Source: Parcubacteria group bacterium Gr01-1014_13
GTDB taxonomy: Bacteria; Patescibacteriota; Patescibacteriia; Magasanikbacterales; GWA2-37-8
NCBI GenBank assembly: GCA_007376295.1
Contig: VMGB01000004.1
Span: forward strand, 6,569 to 70,568
Direction: 5' to 3'
DNA length: 64,000 nucleotides
The notes below the pieces were generated by a model that worked only from the letters and a program-made list of their open reading frames with translations, was not told the DNA's origin and searched no databases. This document shows, piece after piece, positions 9,472 through 19,399 of the stretch. Both the position numbers and the translations under genes were made by a program. The stretch's first letter is position 1. Every line of letters starts with the position of its first letter.

Positions 9472-11202
9472 TTATTTTTTATCACCGGGAATACCATAAT
9501 AATCCAGAGTGAATTTGGCAACGTCTTTAAATACCGGGGCCGCGGTTGATTCTGCCCAATTAGCTTGGGGGGCTTCGTACTTTACCAATAAAACAAACTT
9601 AGGGTCGCTGGCAGGAAAATAACCGATAAAAGTATGATTAGTATCGTCAGCCGAATATTCTCCGCGGCTGGCGATTTGTGCTGTACCAGTTTTAGCCGCT
9701 ACATAATAATTAGTCATTTTAGCTGCTTGGCTATGCCCTCGTTCTACAACGGAAATAAGCATAGACGTAACTAGTTTATCAGCATTCGCAGAAATTACAA
9801 CCTCTGATTGTGGCTCGGTTTTTTCTATTTGTCCGTTTGTATGACGCACCTTATCTACAATGTATGGCTTAGGCATTCTACCCCCACCGGCCAAAGCGGC
9901 GTAGGCCGTAACTAATTGCAATGGCGTAGCAGTAAAACCTTGTCCAAATGAACCTACCGCATAATAAATCTCAGCAGACTTGCTCAGCGAAGCTATATCG
10001 CCAGCGGCTTCCGTATCCAAACCAATACCAGTTTTTTTGCCAAAACCAAATTTTTCCACATACTCTCTAAACCGACCCTGGCCAATTTTTTCTTCTACCC
10101 AAATCATGCCGGTATTTATAGAAGACTCCAAAACATTGGTCATAGTTACCAACCCGTATTTTTTTTCCAAAGCATTATGTATTTTATGACCGTTTATAAT
10201 TCTTTCCCCTGTATCTGTATAAGTGGTAAAGGGACTAATCAACCCCAAATCAAGCGCCACAGACATAATTATTGGCTTAAACACCGAACCGGGCTCATAA
10301 GGAGTAAAAATAGTAGTATTGTTATACACACTGACATCTTTAACATCGGAATAATTGTTTGGATCAAAATCTGGCAAACTACACATAGACAAAATTGCGC
10401 CAGTTTTAGGATCCATCAAAATTAACGAAGCGCTTTTCGCCTGATGTTTTTTATATCCTTCCCGCAGATATTCACAGGATTTATACTGTAAATTTCTATC
10501 TATAGTTAAAAGCAGGTCTGCTCCGTCTTCAGCATTTTTTAAAGTGCGATCCGCCAAAGGTATAAGACTGCCTAAAGCGCCTTTCTCGCCCGTCAAAAAA
10601 CCACTTTTACCCGTTAAATTTTTATCCCAAAAACCTTCAATGCCATAACGGCCGGATAAAGCCCCGCTTTCATCTTGGCCAGTAAAACCCAAAATATTGG
10701 CCGCTAAATTTCCTTCGGGGTAATATCTAAATTCTTGTCCCGTTGTATTTATGCCGGGTAGATTGGCGGATAAAATTTGATTTTTAATATCCTCGGAAAC
10801 TTTCTTGGCTATTGGCTCATACGGATCTCCGCTCTTTGAGAGCTTGGCTAACAAATTATTTTTTTCTTCGGGGGTATAATTCAAAACACCTGAAATAAAC
10901 TCAGTGGTGGAATTTATCTGACTAGAAGGTATATCGCGAGGTACTGCGTATAATAAATAATACTGACGATTTACTGCTGCCGGATATTCTTTTGTTTTAT
11001 CCCGTGTATCCTGTAAAAAAACACTCCCCCGGCGCGGATAAAGCTGTTTGTAAATTTCGTGATTATTTATAGCTAGTGCCGAATAATATTTTCGTTCCAC
11101 AACTTGCAAACTAAACAATCTGGCGATTATTATAAGCGCCGACAACAAAATAAAAACAGATACTGTGCGAAGCTGGTTGTTGGTTTCTTTTTTCACCGGC
11201 AT
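9472..11202 (-). CDS. Class B penicillin-binding protein (FtsI/PBP2-like transpeptidase)
   Basis: N-terminal TM, RG.., RYYP, EPGSVFK (SxxK), SIN (SxN), KTGTAQ. Confidence 0.93.
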   Translation of the reverse strand: MPVKKETNNQLRTVSVFILLSALIIIARLFSLQVVERKYYSALAINNHEIYKQLYPRRGSVFLQDTRDKTKEYPAAVNRQYYLLYAVPRDIPSSQINSTTEFISGVLNYTPEEKNNLLAKLSKSGDPYEPIAKKVSEDIKNQILSANLPGINTTGQEFRYYPEGNLAANILGFTGQDESGALSGRYGIEGFWDKNLTGKSGFLTGEKGALGSLIPLADRTLKNAEDGADLLLTIDRNLQYKSCEYLREGYKKHQAKSASLILMDPKTGAILSMCSLPDFDPNNYSDVKDVSVYNNTTIFTPYEPGSVFKPIIMSVALDLGLISPFTTYTDTGERIINGHKIHNALEKKYGLVTMTNVLESSINTGMIWVEEKIGQGRFREYVEKFGFGKKTGIGLDTEAAGDIASLSKSAEIYYAVGSFGQGFTATPLQLVTAYAALAGGGRMPKPYIVDKVRHTNGQIEKTEPQSEVVISANADKLVTSMLISVVERGHSQAAKMTNYYVAAKTGTAQIASRGEYSADDTNHTFIGYFPASDPKFVLLVKYEAPQANWAESTAAPVFKDVAKFTLDYYGIPGDKK

Positions 11203-11209
11203 GGGAAGA

Positions 11210-12205
11210 CTACTTTAAATTTTTAAAAAATTTTTCCATCCCTATTTTCGGAGCCACTTTCCCGAAAACAATTTTATAGATCAGATCGGCAAGCGGCGTC
11301 TTTAATTTATATTTTTTAGACAAACTATTTAAAACTCTAGTCGCTGGCACCCCCTCTACCACCTGACCAACTTTGGCGACAGCTTTTTCTAGACTTAATC
11401 CTTGAGCCAAAAATTCTCCTAATCTTCTGTTTCTACTAGCGGTGGCTAGACCGGTACCAAGTAAGTCGCCCAAACCGGCTAAACCATAAATTGTTTCTAA
11501 TCTTCCGCCCATTCTTTCGACCAACAATCCCATCTCTTGAAGCGCTGTCACAAATAAAACCGCTTTGGTATTTGTCGGTATTTTTAATCCGTCACAAATG
11601 CCCATAGCTATAGCATAGACATTTTTAAATGATCCAGCTACTTCTACACCAATAATATCACCGCTAGGCATTAGTTTTAAATTCTTATTCTCCATTACTT
11701 TTTTTACCATTTGTATGGCGCCCTCATCTAGCGACGCCACATTCATGACCGTAAAATTACCCTGTACCATCTGTCCGGCAATGGCTGGTCCAGAAATTGT
11801 GGCAATTTTATTTTTTGGCAAAATATCTTTTAAAACATCGGTAATTAAACAAACTGATTTTTCATCCAGTCCTTTGGAAGCATCGACACAAATTTCCCGA
11901 CCAGAAAGATACGGAGCCACCTGTTGCATAACGGATTTTATAAAGGCGCTAGGCACAGTCATAAAAATTAGATCCGCTTTTGCTATGGCCTTGATTATAT
12001 CCGGTTCCGGATTTATATTTTTGGATAATTTTACACCCGGAAGATAATTTATATTCTCCATTTTTTCTTTTATTTGTCGGAGCGGCTCCAAATCACCGCT
12101 ATGATTCCAGAGATTTACTTTATACCCATTTGCAGCCACAATTTGAGCTATGGCTGTACCCATATTCCCGGCGCCCAAAACAGCTATTTGTTCTTTTTTT
12201 GACAT
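11210..12205 (-). CDS. gpsA: NAD(P)H-dependent glycerol-3-phosphate dehydrogenase
   Basis: GAGNMGTA, SKG, ISGP, KNVYAIA, GLGDL, SRNRR, VEG. Confidence 0.93.
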   Translation of the reverse strand: MSKKEQIAVLGAGNMGTAIAQIVAANGYKVNLWNHSGDLEPLRQIKEKMENINYLPGVKLSKNINPEPDIIKAIAKADLIFMTVPSAFIKSVMQQVAPYLSGREICVDASKGLDEKSVCLITDVLKDILPKNKIATISGPAIAGQMVQGNFTVMNVASLDEGAIQMVKKVMENKNLKLMPSGDIIGVEVAGSFKNVYAIAMGICDGLKIPTNTKAVLFVTALQEMGLLVERMGGRLETIYGLAGLGDLLGTGLATASRNRRLGEFLAQGLSLEKAVAKVGQVVEGVPATRVLNSLSKKYKLKTPLADLIYKIVFGKVAPKIGMEKFFKNLK

Positions 12206-12299
12206 AAACTAAATAAGGCTATAATTGGTTAATTATACTATTGACCAGCTAATTTTTCAAATTAAAAACAGGCCCGAATTGAGCCTGTTTTAATATATT

Positions 12300-12902
12300 T
12301 TATTCTAAAATTCCATCTAAATTAACGTCGTAAAGTATTTCTTCGTTCAACTGGCGGTACTTCACTAGCTCTTCCGGTTTAAACCAGATCTGCATTTCAC
12401 GCTGAGCTTCTTCAGGTTTATCGGAACAGTGAATCAAATTTCGTACAGCGCGTTCATCTAAGCTAGAAAGATTGTAAGAATCTAAGGTATAGTCACCGCG
12501 AATTGTGCCAACATCTGAAGTTAGTGGCTCTGTGCCGCCAACCAGCTTTTGCACAATCCCCACGGCTTGATTTCCAGACAATACCATGGCTACTACAGGG
12601 CCGGAAGTCATAAATTTAACTAGGGCGCGTACAATGTCTTTGCCGTATTCCATAGCCGGCTTATCTACCGGTAATCCAACAGCCTGACGGTCGGATATAG
12701 TGCGTTCACCTTTTTTATTAAACCATTCATCGTTTTTGTTATAATGTGTCCAGCATTGATCTTCGGTTGGAACCACCATTTTTAAGGCGACAATTTTTAA
12801 ACCAACACGCTCAACACGTTTCAAAATTTCACCAACTAAACCGCGCTGCACGCCGTCTGGTTTGATCATCACAAAAGTTGTTTCTTTGGAAGGATGTGAC
12901 AT
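12300..12902 (-). CDS. ndk: Nucleoside-diphosphate kinase
   Basis: IKPDGVQRGLVGEI, GTIRGD, NLIHCSD. Confidence 0.96.
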   Translation of the reverse strand: MSHPSKETTFVMIKPDGVQRGLVGEILKRVERVGLKIVALKMVVPTEDQCWTHYNKNDEWFNKKGERTISDRQAVGLPVDKPAMEYGKDIVRALVKFMTSGPVVAMVLSGNQAVGIVQKLVGGTEPLTSDVGTIRGDYTLDSYNLSSLDERAVRNLIHCSDKPEEAQREMQIWFKPEELVKYRQLNEEILYDVNLDGILE

Positions 12903-13016
12903 ACGGTTAAATAGTTAATTAATTGGGTTCATAATAGCGTAAAACGCCCTAAAAGTCAACAGATAACACAAAAAATGAAATCTTGGCTTTTTTACTTCCA
13001 AAACCAACTTACGAAA

Positions 13017-13421
13017 CTAGCCTCTCTTTGGTAAATATTTTTCTAGACTAGCACGCTTGGCTTCTTCAGCTTTAATTTCTGGAATTCTTTTCAGAGCATA
13101 ACGAGCTAGACGATAAATCCAAATAACTGTGGCTACCACCCACAAAAACATCCAGAAGCGCCAGGCCAAAAAAGCGACTCTTTCCTGACGAAAAAACATC
13201 CAGACCAAACCTAAAAATCCCATAGTAATTCCCAAACTACCAGATCTTTTCAACAGTAATCTTTTAAATTTATCTTCTTGATATTGAGATAAAATTTTAT
13301 CAACCAGACCCAGCACGATAAATAACAAAAAACCCCCGACTAATATCCACAGTGTAGTTCCGCGAGCGGTAAAGGGCTCGGAAAACCAATAATCCAAACG
13401 CAATAAATTCTGTATAGACAT
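13017..13421 (-). CDS. Hypothetical membrane protein (about 3 TM)
   Basis: Hydrophobic segments; tight operon spacing. Confidence 0.75.
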   Translation of the reverse strand: MSIQNLLRLDYWFSEPFTARGTTLWILVGGFLLFIVLGLVDKILSQYQEDKFKRLLLKRSGSLGITMGFLGLVWMFFRQERVAFLAWRFWMFLWVVATVIWIYRLARYALKRIPEIKAEEAKRASLEKYLPKRG

Positions 13422-13426
13422 AACAG

Positions 13427-13975
13427 TTAAACCTTTTCAAAAATTAATGAATAATGGTATTCTCCCGGTAAAATTTTATCAACTAGTTTCAAATTCTCAC
13501 TTGTGGCCAATCTGGCCAATTCTTCCGGGCTCAACATTTTTTCTTCCGACGGCCCTAACATTCCCAACCTCTTCGCCCAATCCACCGCAACTAGATAACC
13601 GCCCGGCTTAAGCATACGCGTTGCTTCTTTGATGGCGCCGGCCTTGTTCTTCAGTTGAAATAGTACATTAACATAAAAACATACGTCAAGAGAGTTATCA
13701 GGAATTGGTGTTTTGCCAGGAAATTCAATATCAGACCAGACTGTCTGCACATTATCATAACCCTCAGTGCGGGCCATGCTGCGGATGCTGTCCAAAATAT
13801 TTTTTACTACATCCACGGCATATACAACCCCTTTTTCGCCCACTACTTTAACAGCTGGAAAAACAAAATGCCCGGTGCGGCCGCAACCTAAATCCGCCAC
13901 TCTTTTTCCTTCGGATAAAGATATTCTTTCAAAAATTTTATAGGGATCAATTAAGGCGGTGCCGGAGTGAGACAT
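13427..13975 (-). CDS. Class I SAM-dependent methyltransferase
   Basis: VADLGCGRTG, VYAVD, RMLKPGG. Confidence 0.9.
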   Translation of the reverse strand: MSHSGTALIDPYKIFERISLSEGKRVADLGCGRTGHFVFPAVKVVGEKGVVYAVDVVKNILDSIRSMARTEGYDNVQTVWSDIEFPGKTPIPDNSLDVCFYVNVLFQLKNKAGAIKEATRMLKPGGYLVAVDWAKRLGMLGPSEEKMLSPEELARLATSENLKLVDKILPGEYHYSLIFEKV

Positions 13976-13999
13976 ACACTAAAAATTTTAATTTTATAG

Positions 14000-14242
14000 C
14001 TATCGAACAAATAACCTACCAACTGTTCCGGTTAAAAACCCACTTATCATATTGGTAATTGCCAAGAATCCAAAAAATATAAAGGCGATGCCAATTAGTT
14101 TGTACATTAAACGAGTGCCGCCATTATACCCCAGATGTTCCTCAGCCCAGGCATTTGTGCCAAAATTTTGTATAAACCATTCTGTTTTTATCACCAAAAC
14201 TATTCCCGCTGCTACCATAAGAATACCAATAAAATACCGCAT
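14000..14242 (-). CDS. Small hypothetical membrane protein (2 TM)
   Basis: Two hydrophobic stretches flanking FGTNAWAE...GGTRLMYKLIG. Confidence 0.75.
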   Translation of the reverse strand: MRYFIGILMVAAGIVLVIKTEWFIQNFGTNAWAEEHLGYNGGTRLMYKLIGIAFIFFGFLAITNMISGFLTGTVGRLFVR

Positions 14243-14288
14243 AAAAAATAGATAAATTACCTTTAAATCTTACCATTTTTTATAAAAA

Positions 14289-14317
14289 TTGACTAGGCTA
14301 AGCTAATTTGATATATT
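14289..14317 (+). promoter_or_regulatory. Sigma70 promoter
   Basis: TTGACT-17-TATATT with TGn. Confidence 0.65.
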
Positions 14318-14355
14318 TTTTAATGAAGCTACTTCACAAACAAGGAGTTATCAAG

Positions 14356-14706
14356 ATGGCCGATAACAAAAAGCCGGAGCAAAAAGCGGCGGAAAAGCCG
14401 CTGGAAAATCCTTCTGTTAATGTCAATGTTACGCCACAAAATGAAAAGAATAAGGCGCATGTAGACGCTGCCAGAACCCTGAAGAAAAAACTGGAAGAAA
14501 ACATAAAAAAGGCAGTAGAGAAAAACAGCCAAGGCGGCCAGGAAAAACAGTTTGCAGCTGCCAAAGAAGAAACAAAGAAGGTCGGCAGAGACGCAAATCC
14601 TCAGGAAATTAAAGAGGTCAAAGTAAATGTTGCTGGCGCTGATAAAGACGGCGACACGGAAAGACGAGCTTGGACTGTCCCTACTACAAAAGCTAGTCCT
14701 CCATAA
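14356..14706 (+). CDS. Hypothetical charged protein (116 aa), basic paralogue of 14743..15078
   Basis: AAGGAG SD before MADNKK; aligns along its length with the next ORF. Confidence 0.8.
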   Translation: MADNKKPEQKAAEKPLENPSVNVNVTPQNEKNKAHVDAARTLKKKLEENIKKAVEKNSQGGQEKQFAAAKEETKKVGRDANPQEIKEVKVNVAGADKDGDTERRAWTVPTTKASPP

Positions 14707-14742
14707 CCATTTCTACCAATCACAAATCGGGAGGATGGATAA

Positions 14743-15078
14743 ATGAGCGATCAAGAGAATGAGGCAGAAAAACCTCTGCAGGATACTGAAGTTGAAGTAT
14801 TTGTCATGCCCAAAGATCCAGATAATCCAGACCACGATGAAGCCGCAGACAAATTGGACGAAAAAGTAACAGAAAGAGTAAAGGAAGCTATTGAAAAAAA
14901 TGCGCCAGGCGGAAAAAGCAAACAGTTAAAGGCAGTAGAAGAGGAAGCCAAAAAAGCTGCCAGAGACACCGATCCTGACAAAATTGGAGAAGTTGAAGTT
15001 ACTGTACACGGTAAGGATGGCGATGGCGACAGTATTAGTCACACCGTAACTTGTCCCACCGAAAAACCTACAGAGTAG
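14743..15078 (+). CDS. Hypothetical charged protein (111 aa), acidic paralogue of 14356..14706
   Basis: GGAGG SD; shared AEKPL, A(V/I)EKN..GG..KQ, RD..P..I.EV.V.V.G.D.DGD motifs. Confidence 0.8.
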   Translation: MSDQENEAEKPLQDTEVEVFVMPKDPDNPDHDEAADKLDEKVTERVKEAIEKNAPGGKSKQLKAVEEEAKKAARDTDPDKIGEVEVTVHGKDGDGDSISHTVTCPTEKPTE

Positions 15079-15113
15079 TTCTTTATTTAAAAATCACGAT
15101 TAATTCGAACACC

Positions 15114-15142
15114 GAAGCCCTCCATCTGGAGGGTTTTATTTT
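15114..15142 (+). terminator. Intrinsic terminator (possibly bidirectional, abuts the tRNA 3' end)
   Basis: gaagccctcca-tc-tggagggtttt-attttt. Confidence 0.7.
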
Positions 15143-15226
15143 TGGTGCCCGGGAGAGGATTCGAACCTCCACACCTTACGGCATATGCACCTCAAGCATA
15201 CGTGTATACCATTTCACCACCCGGGC
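15143..15226 (-). tRNA. tRNA-Leu(GAG)
   Basis: GCCCGGG acceptor, D-loop TGGTA, anticodon arm TATGC-TTGAGGT-GCATA, long variable arm, GGTTCGAATCC, encoded CCA. Confidence 0.97.
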
Positions 15227-15227
15227 T

Positions 15228-15992
15228 TTAAAACTTCCGGTCTCTGCCGACAATCATTTCCACCTTACTGTGAGCTAATTTAATTTTCACTTTTATTTCC
15301 TTTGACATTTTTCCGTCTGCTTCTACAGCAAAAGGCTCCTTGCCGGTAATAATCATTTCTTCAAAAGGAAATATGCTTGGCTCTTCGTATTTATATCCCC
15401 ACCAACCACTTTTTGTCAATGGGCGGATAAAGGCTTCTAATTTTCCATCTTGAGGATGCACAACCCGTTGTTCTTTATCTTTTTTGTCTCTTTTCCAAAA
15501 AAATGGTTGAAGATTACAAACAATAACCTCTATTTTTTCAGAAGCAGTTACCTTAAACCTTTCATCATAAACAACTTCCAGCTTGGAAGGCATAACCCGT
15601 AATTGAGAAACAAAATAACGATTGTTCATCCAACCTACATCTAAAAATTCTTTGCGTCGGCGCGATAAAACCGTACATGCCTCTACTCCCACGGGAATAC
15701 CCAAAACCTGAGCGATGGTATTGTTTGGTCCAACGGGCAAAAAACCAAAAGTACAGTTGCAATTAGCACTGCGAGAAAGTATCTGACCAAAAGTAGCGTC
15801 GTTGCCAACGATAACGATCGTCTTGGCACCGCGTTTAATTTCGTCGTCGATAACAGCTTTAGAGTCAGTATAATTTTGCAAACGCAAAATTTTTCCCGCT
15901 ATACCATAGTCGGTGAGAATGACTTCCATTGAATGGATGAGAGAAAGGAAGTTTTTTTGACGTAAAAAATTGTCGTAGATATAAACATACAT
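15228..15992 (-). CDS. Diacylglycerol-kinase (YegS/DAGK)-like protein with degenerate GGDG motif
   Basis: IVIVGNDATF, GFLPVGPNNTIAQVLGIP, P.DGKLE, VEADG. Confidence 0.75.
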   Translation of the reverse strand: MYVYIYDNFLRQKNFLSLIHSMEVILTDYGIAGKILRLQNYTDSKAVIDDEIKRGAKTIVIVGNDATFGQILSRSANCNCTFGFLPVGPNNTIAQVLGIPVGVEACTVLSRRRKEFLDVGWMNNRYFVSQLRVMPSKLEVVYDERFKVTASEKIEVIVCNLQPFFWKRDKKDKEQRVVHPQDGKLEAFIRPLTKSGWWGYKYEEPSIFPFEEMIITGKEPFAVEADGKMSKEIKVKIKLAHSKVEMIVGRDRKF

Positions 15993-16019
15993 ATTTTAAA
16001 AAACCTAATCTCCCCTAAC

Positions 16020-16496
16020 TTACGAAACAAACTGCACGCTAGCATCTTCGGTTTTTTTGAAAAGTTTTGTCTTGATAGATTTTTCTCCAGACTCTATTCC
16101 CGGCATAGTGACTTTACCGTAAAGCAGGGCACCTGATTCAATTTTTAGATTTTTAACATCTATATCACCTACTACTCTGGAAGTAGAAACTAATTCCAAA
16201 GATTCTTTTATCTTCATGTTTCCTTTTACTTCGCCGGCGATGGTAGCGCTACCAGCTCGCACATTCGCCATAATCTTCGCGCCCATTTCTACAGTTAGGT
16301 GTTTGCTAGTAAATACACTGCCCGAGACCGTACCTTTAACAACGATATTTCCTTCAGAAGCAAAATCTCCTTCTACATTTACCGAAGGACCGACAACGGT
16401 TTCTACTTCGTCCTGAACATGCTGATGTGTTCGCTCGCTAACTTCCGGTTCGATATTTTCTTCAACATTTTTTGGAGTATTCCTTTGAAAAATCAT
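16020..16496 (-). CDS. Bactofilin (polymer-forming cytoskeletal protein)
   Basis: TVVGPSVNVEGDF...V.G.V.G beta-helix repeats, IESGALLYG. Confidence 0.9.
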   Translation of the reverse strand: MIFQRNTPKNVEENIEPEVSERTHQHVQDEVETVVGPSVNVEGDFASEGNIVVKGTVSGSVFTSKHLTVEMGAKIMANVRAGSATIAGEVKGNMKIKESLELVSTSRVVGDIDVKNLKIESGALLYGKVTMPGIESGEKSIKTKLFKKTEDASVQFVS

Positions 16497-16543
16497 ATAA
16501 AAATATTTAACTTAATGATAATAATATTATATACCAAAACTGA

Positions 16544-18184
16544 TTATGACGCCAGTGTCGCCATATGCTTGAGCGGTATCCAAAAACCAAACTCACTACC
16601 CTTCCCCAAACCCGAACTATGAGCCCAAACCCGGCCATTATGGGCCTCAATAAACTTGCGGCAAACATACAACCCCAGTCCGGTGCCGGTAACAGCCGAG
16701 GCCTTTACGTTATCGCCACGATAAAATTTTTGAAAAAAATTAACTTCGTCTGCCTTTTCAAATCCAATACCATCGTCAATAACCCGCACGGCCACTCCCT
16801 TGCCTTCATCCGCAAACATTACTTTTATGATTCCTTTGTCGCTATATTTTATAGCATTATCTATAAAATTAAATATAACATGATGAATTTTTTCTTGATC
16901 ACAATCAACTTTTTTTATTTTCTTCGGACACTCCCATTTAATTTCTATTTTTTTCTGTTTGGCTTTTACTTTTAGATCGTTCATGATATTGTCTACCAAG
17001 CTACAAATATCTACTACCGCAAATTCATACTTAGTTCGTCCTTGTTCAATACGAGAAATATCCAAAAATTGATCCACCAACTTTACCAAGTGTTCATTGT
17101 TAATATCCATATCGCCCAGCACCTTTACCATACTTGCTTCCACCTTGCCATAAGCGCCGTCCTTGATTAATTCTATGTAGCCTTTCAAAATAGAAAGTGG
17201 CGTACGCAATTGATGCGAAGCAATATATAAAAATTCGGTTTTTTGTTTGTCCAGCTCTTGCAGACGAATATTAGCTGTTTCCAAGGAAGCGGCCAAATCG
17301 GACAACTCGTCTTTTTGCTTGATTTCTTTATGCACACTTTTTACAAGCGAAACACCAAGCAAACCAACTAAAATAGCAAAAAAGAACTTAAAAAGTATAC
17401 CACTAACATTGCCGGACAAAAGACCTTCGGAAAACAAAATTATTGTAAGCACCCCCACCAGACCTTCTGTGGCAATTAAGCGTAGATTAAATAACCCATA
17501 CTTAAAAATCGCATAGGCAATGAAAATCATTAATATTACCGATGATAAAGGACCGAGAAAAACAGTAGCGGATGTTTTAAGAATAACGACAAAAATTACG
17601 GTGGATATCGCCATAAAAGAAAATGTGGCCACAACCCCCAAAAGAAAATATGAATTTTGCACTTTTTCTTTGCCGGAAGATTTTTTATATTTAAAAATCA
17701 AAACTATAAAGCTAAGCAAAAACAAACCTACAAAATCCAAGAAAAAAATAGGAATGCCTGGCCCGGGTATAGGCAACGGCTCCCCGGTGGAATAATCAAT
17801 AGCTTTAAATACTAAATTACTTAAAGAAGCGGCGGCCGAAACGGTCATCAAAATTAGCGCCGGGAATAAATAGCGCTTTTTCATTTTAAATTTATCCCCC
17901 GGAAATGTATTTACCAAAAATAAAAGTGTCGGGCCAATAAAAGAACAGACGAACATTACCACTCTAATCCAAAATAATTGATTTTCCGGGGTTGGTTGAG
18001 GCGGGTGTAAAGATAAATAATTAACTATTATATAAGCATCTATCAGTAAACTTAAAATAAAAAATAGTCTGGAAGTCCAGCTATTTTTATTTTTGATAAA
18101 AACAACAATACCAAGATATGCTGTAATCAAAAAAGTGAATATTCCCAGTAGCGCCTCCATGTGTTCGATCCTAAAATAGTCCAT
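16544..18184 (-). CDS. Membrane sensor histidine kinase with multi-TM (HisKA_7TM-like) N-terminal domain
   Basis: Many TM segments; H-box ASHQLRTPL, N-box NFIDNAIKY, G1 DDGIG, F-box FQKFYR, G2 GTGLGL. Confidence 0.95.
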   Translation of the reverse strand: MDYFRIEHMEALLGIFTFLITAYLGIVVFIKNKNSWTSRLFFILSLLIDAYIIVNYLSLHPPQPTPENQLFWIRVVMFVCSFIGPTLLFLVNTFPGDKFKMKKRYLFPALILMTVSAAASLSNLVFKAIDYSTGEPLPIPGPGIPIFFLDFVGLFLLSFIVLIFKYKKSSGKEKVQNSYFLLGVVATFSFMAISTVIFVVILKTSATVFLGPLSSVILMIFIAYAIFKYGLFNLRLIATEGLVGVLTIILFSEGLLSGNVSGILFKFFFAILVGLLGVSLVKSVHKEIKQKDELSDLAASLETANIRLQELDKQKTEFLYIASHQLRTPLSILKGYIELIKDGAYGKVEASMVKVLGDMDINNEHLVKLVDQFLDISRIEQGRTKYEFAVVDICSLVDNIMNDLKVKAKQKKIEIKWECPKKIKKVDCDQEKIHHVIFNFIDNAIKYSDKGIIKVMFADEGKGVAVRVIDDGIGFEKADEVNFFQKFYRGDNVKASAVTGTGLGLYVCRKFIEAHNGRVWAHSSGLGKGSEFGFWIPLKHMATLAS

Positions 18185-18286
18185 GGTTTTTATTAAAAAT
18201 AATATCCTTTATTATACCTTATTTTACAGGCAAAGACTACTGTCTATTGTTCTTATTGAAGCCATATAATATAATGATGCTAACTT

Positions 18287-19399
18287 ATGAAAATACAAAA
18301 AAACTGTGAACTTTGGGAATATAGATCAAATTGGGGCAACCTCGGCCAATTGAACCTGGGTGATAAATTAAATTACCTCTGCCTTTTGGCGCATCTGGCT
18401 CCCAGTAGCCACAACACTCAACCATGGAGATTTTTTATAGACGAAGCTAATAAAATTATTAGCGTATATTTAGACAGAGAATTTGTTTTATCCGCATCGG
18501 ACATAGACGGCAGGCAAGCCGTGGTAAGCATTGGCTGCGCAGTAGAAAATTTAATCTGTGGCGCTAAGTATTTGGGAATGGAACCGACTATTAAACTTTT
18601 AACTTCCGACAAAAAAAAGGTGAAGCCGTTTGTAGAAAACGAACCAAAAATTACCCCTCTTTTAGAAATAAAATTCACCGAAGTTAAGCCGTATTTAAAA
18701 TTAGAAAAAATTGTTAAGGCTATTTTTAATCGAAAAGTAATAAGAGCTGAATATGACCCGCAAAAACCAGTCCCTGACGAAGTTATTGATCTGCTTAAAA
18801 AAACTACCGATGAAAAAATGACAAAACTGCATTTAATCACCGATAGCTTGCGCCGATTGGGCATTGCCGAACTTCAATCACAAGCCGATGCCTTTGTAAT
18901 CAACTCGCCAAAATTCAGCAAAGAGCTGGGACAATGGTTTTTGCCAAACGATACCGCCAATTTTGTGGGCATGCCTGGAATCAGCTTTGGCTTGCCAGAC
19001 GATCAAGCACTACGCATGCACAATGGTTTGTTAGAAAAAACCGCCTTACAGCCGGAAGACGGGCTTAAATTCGCCCTGGCCGGCAAAATAGGATTAGAGA
19101 AATCCCCCCTCATCGGTATTATTACGACTAAAAATGATGATATAAAAAATTGGCTACTAGCAGGCAGAAGCTTTGAAAAAATATTTTTAACCCTAACGGA
19201 TAATGATATACAAGTTGCCGTGCACGCCGGCATTATTGAAGTGCCGTTGATAAAAAGAATATTTAGCGCCACCTTGGGTACGACCAGACATATTACCGTG
19301 CTATTTAGAGCCGGCTATGTAAAAAAAGAAGAAGATAAAAATCGCCCACACTCTCCGCGCTTGCCATTAGCAGCCGTAATCCTTAGCGATAAATCTTAA
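18287..19399 (+). CDS. Acg/TyzC-like double-domain nitroreductase-superfamily FMN oxidoreductase
   Basis: LAPSSHNTQPWRF, SIGCAVENL, R...R..Y, WLLAGRSFEKIFL, FRAGY...SPRLPL. Confidence 0.85.
   Translation: MKIQKNCELWEYRSNWGNLGQLNLGDKLNYLCLLAHLAPSSHNTQPWRFFIDEANKIISVYLDREFVLSASDIDGRQAVVSIGCAVENLICGAKYLGMEPTIKLLTSDKKKVKPFVENEPKITPLLEIKFTEVKPYLKLEKIVKAIFNRKVIRAEYDPQKPVPDEVIDLLKKTTDEKMTKLHLITDSLRRLGIAELQSQADAFVINSPKFSKELGQWFLPNDTANFVGMPGISFGLPDDQALRMHNGLLEKTALQPEDGLKFALAGKIGLEKSPLIGIITTKNDDIKNWLLAGRSFEKIFLTLTDNDIQVAVHAGIIEVPLIKRIFSATLGTTRHITVLFRAGYVKKEEDKNRPHSPRLPLAAVILSDKS

Noticed and set aside
14250-15226. Prophage or integrative element at tRNA-Leu
   Set aside because: No integrase and no duplicated tRNA 3' end (att site) found nearby
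15051-15278. 75-aa plus-strand ORF
   Set aside because: Overlaps the terminator and the antisense strand of tRNA-Leu
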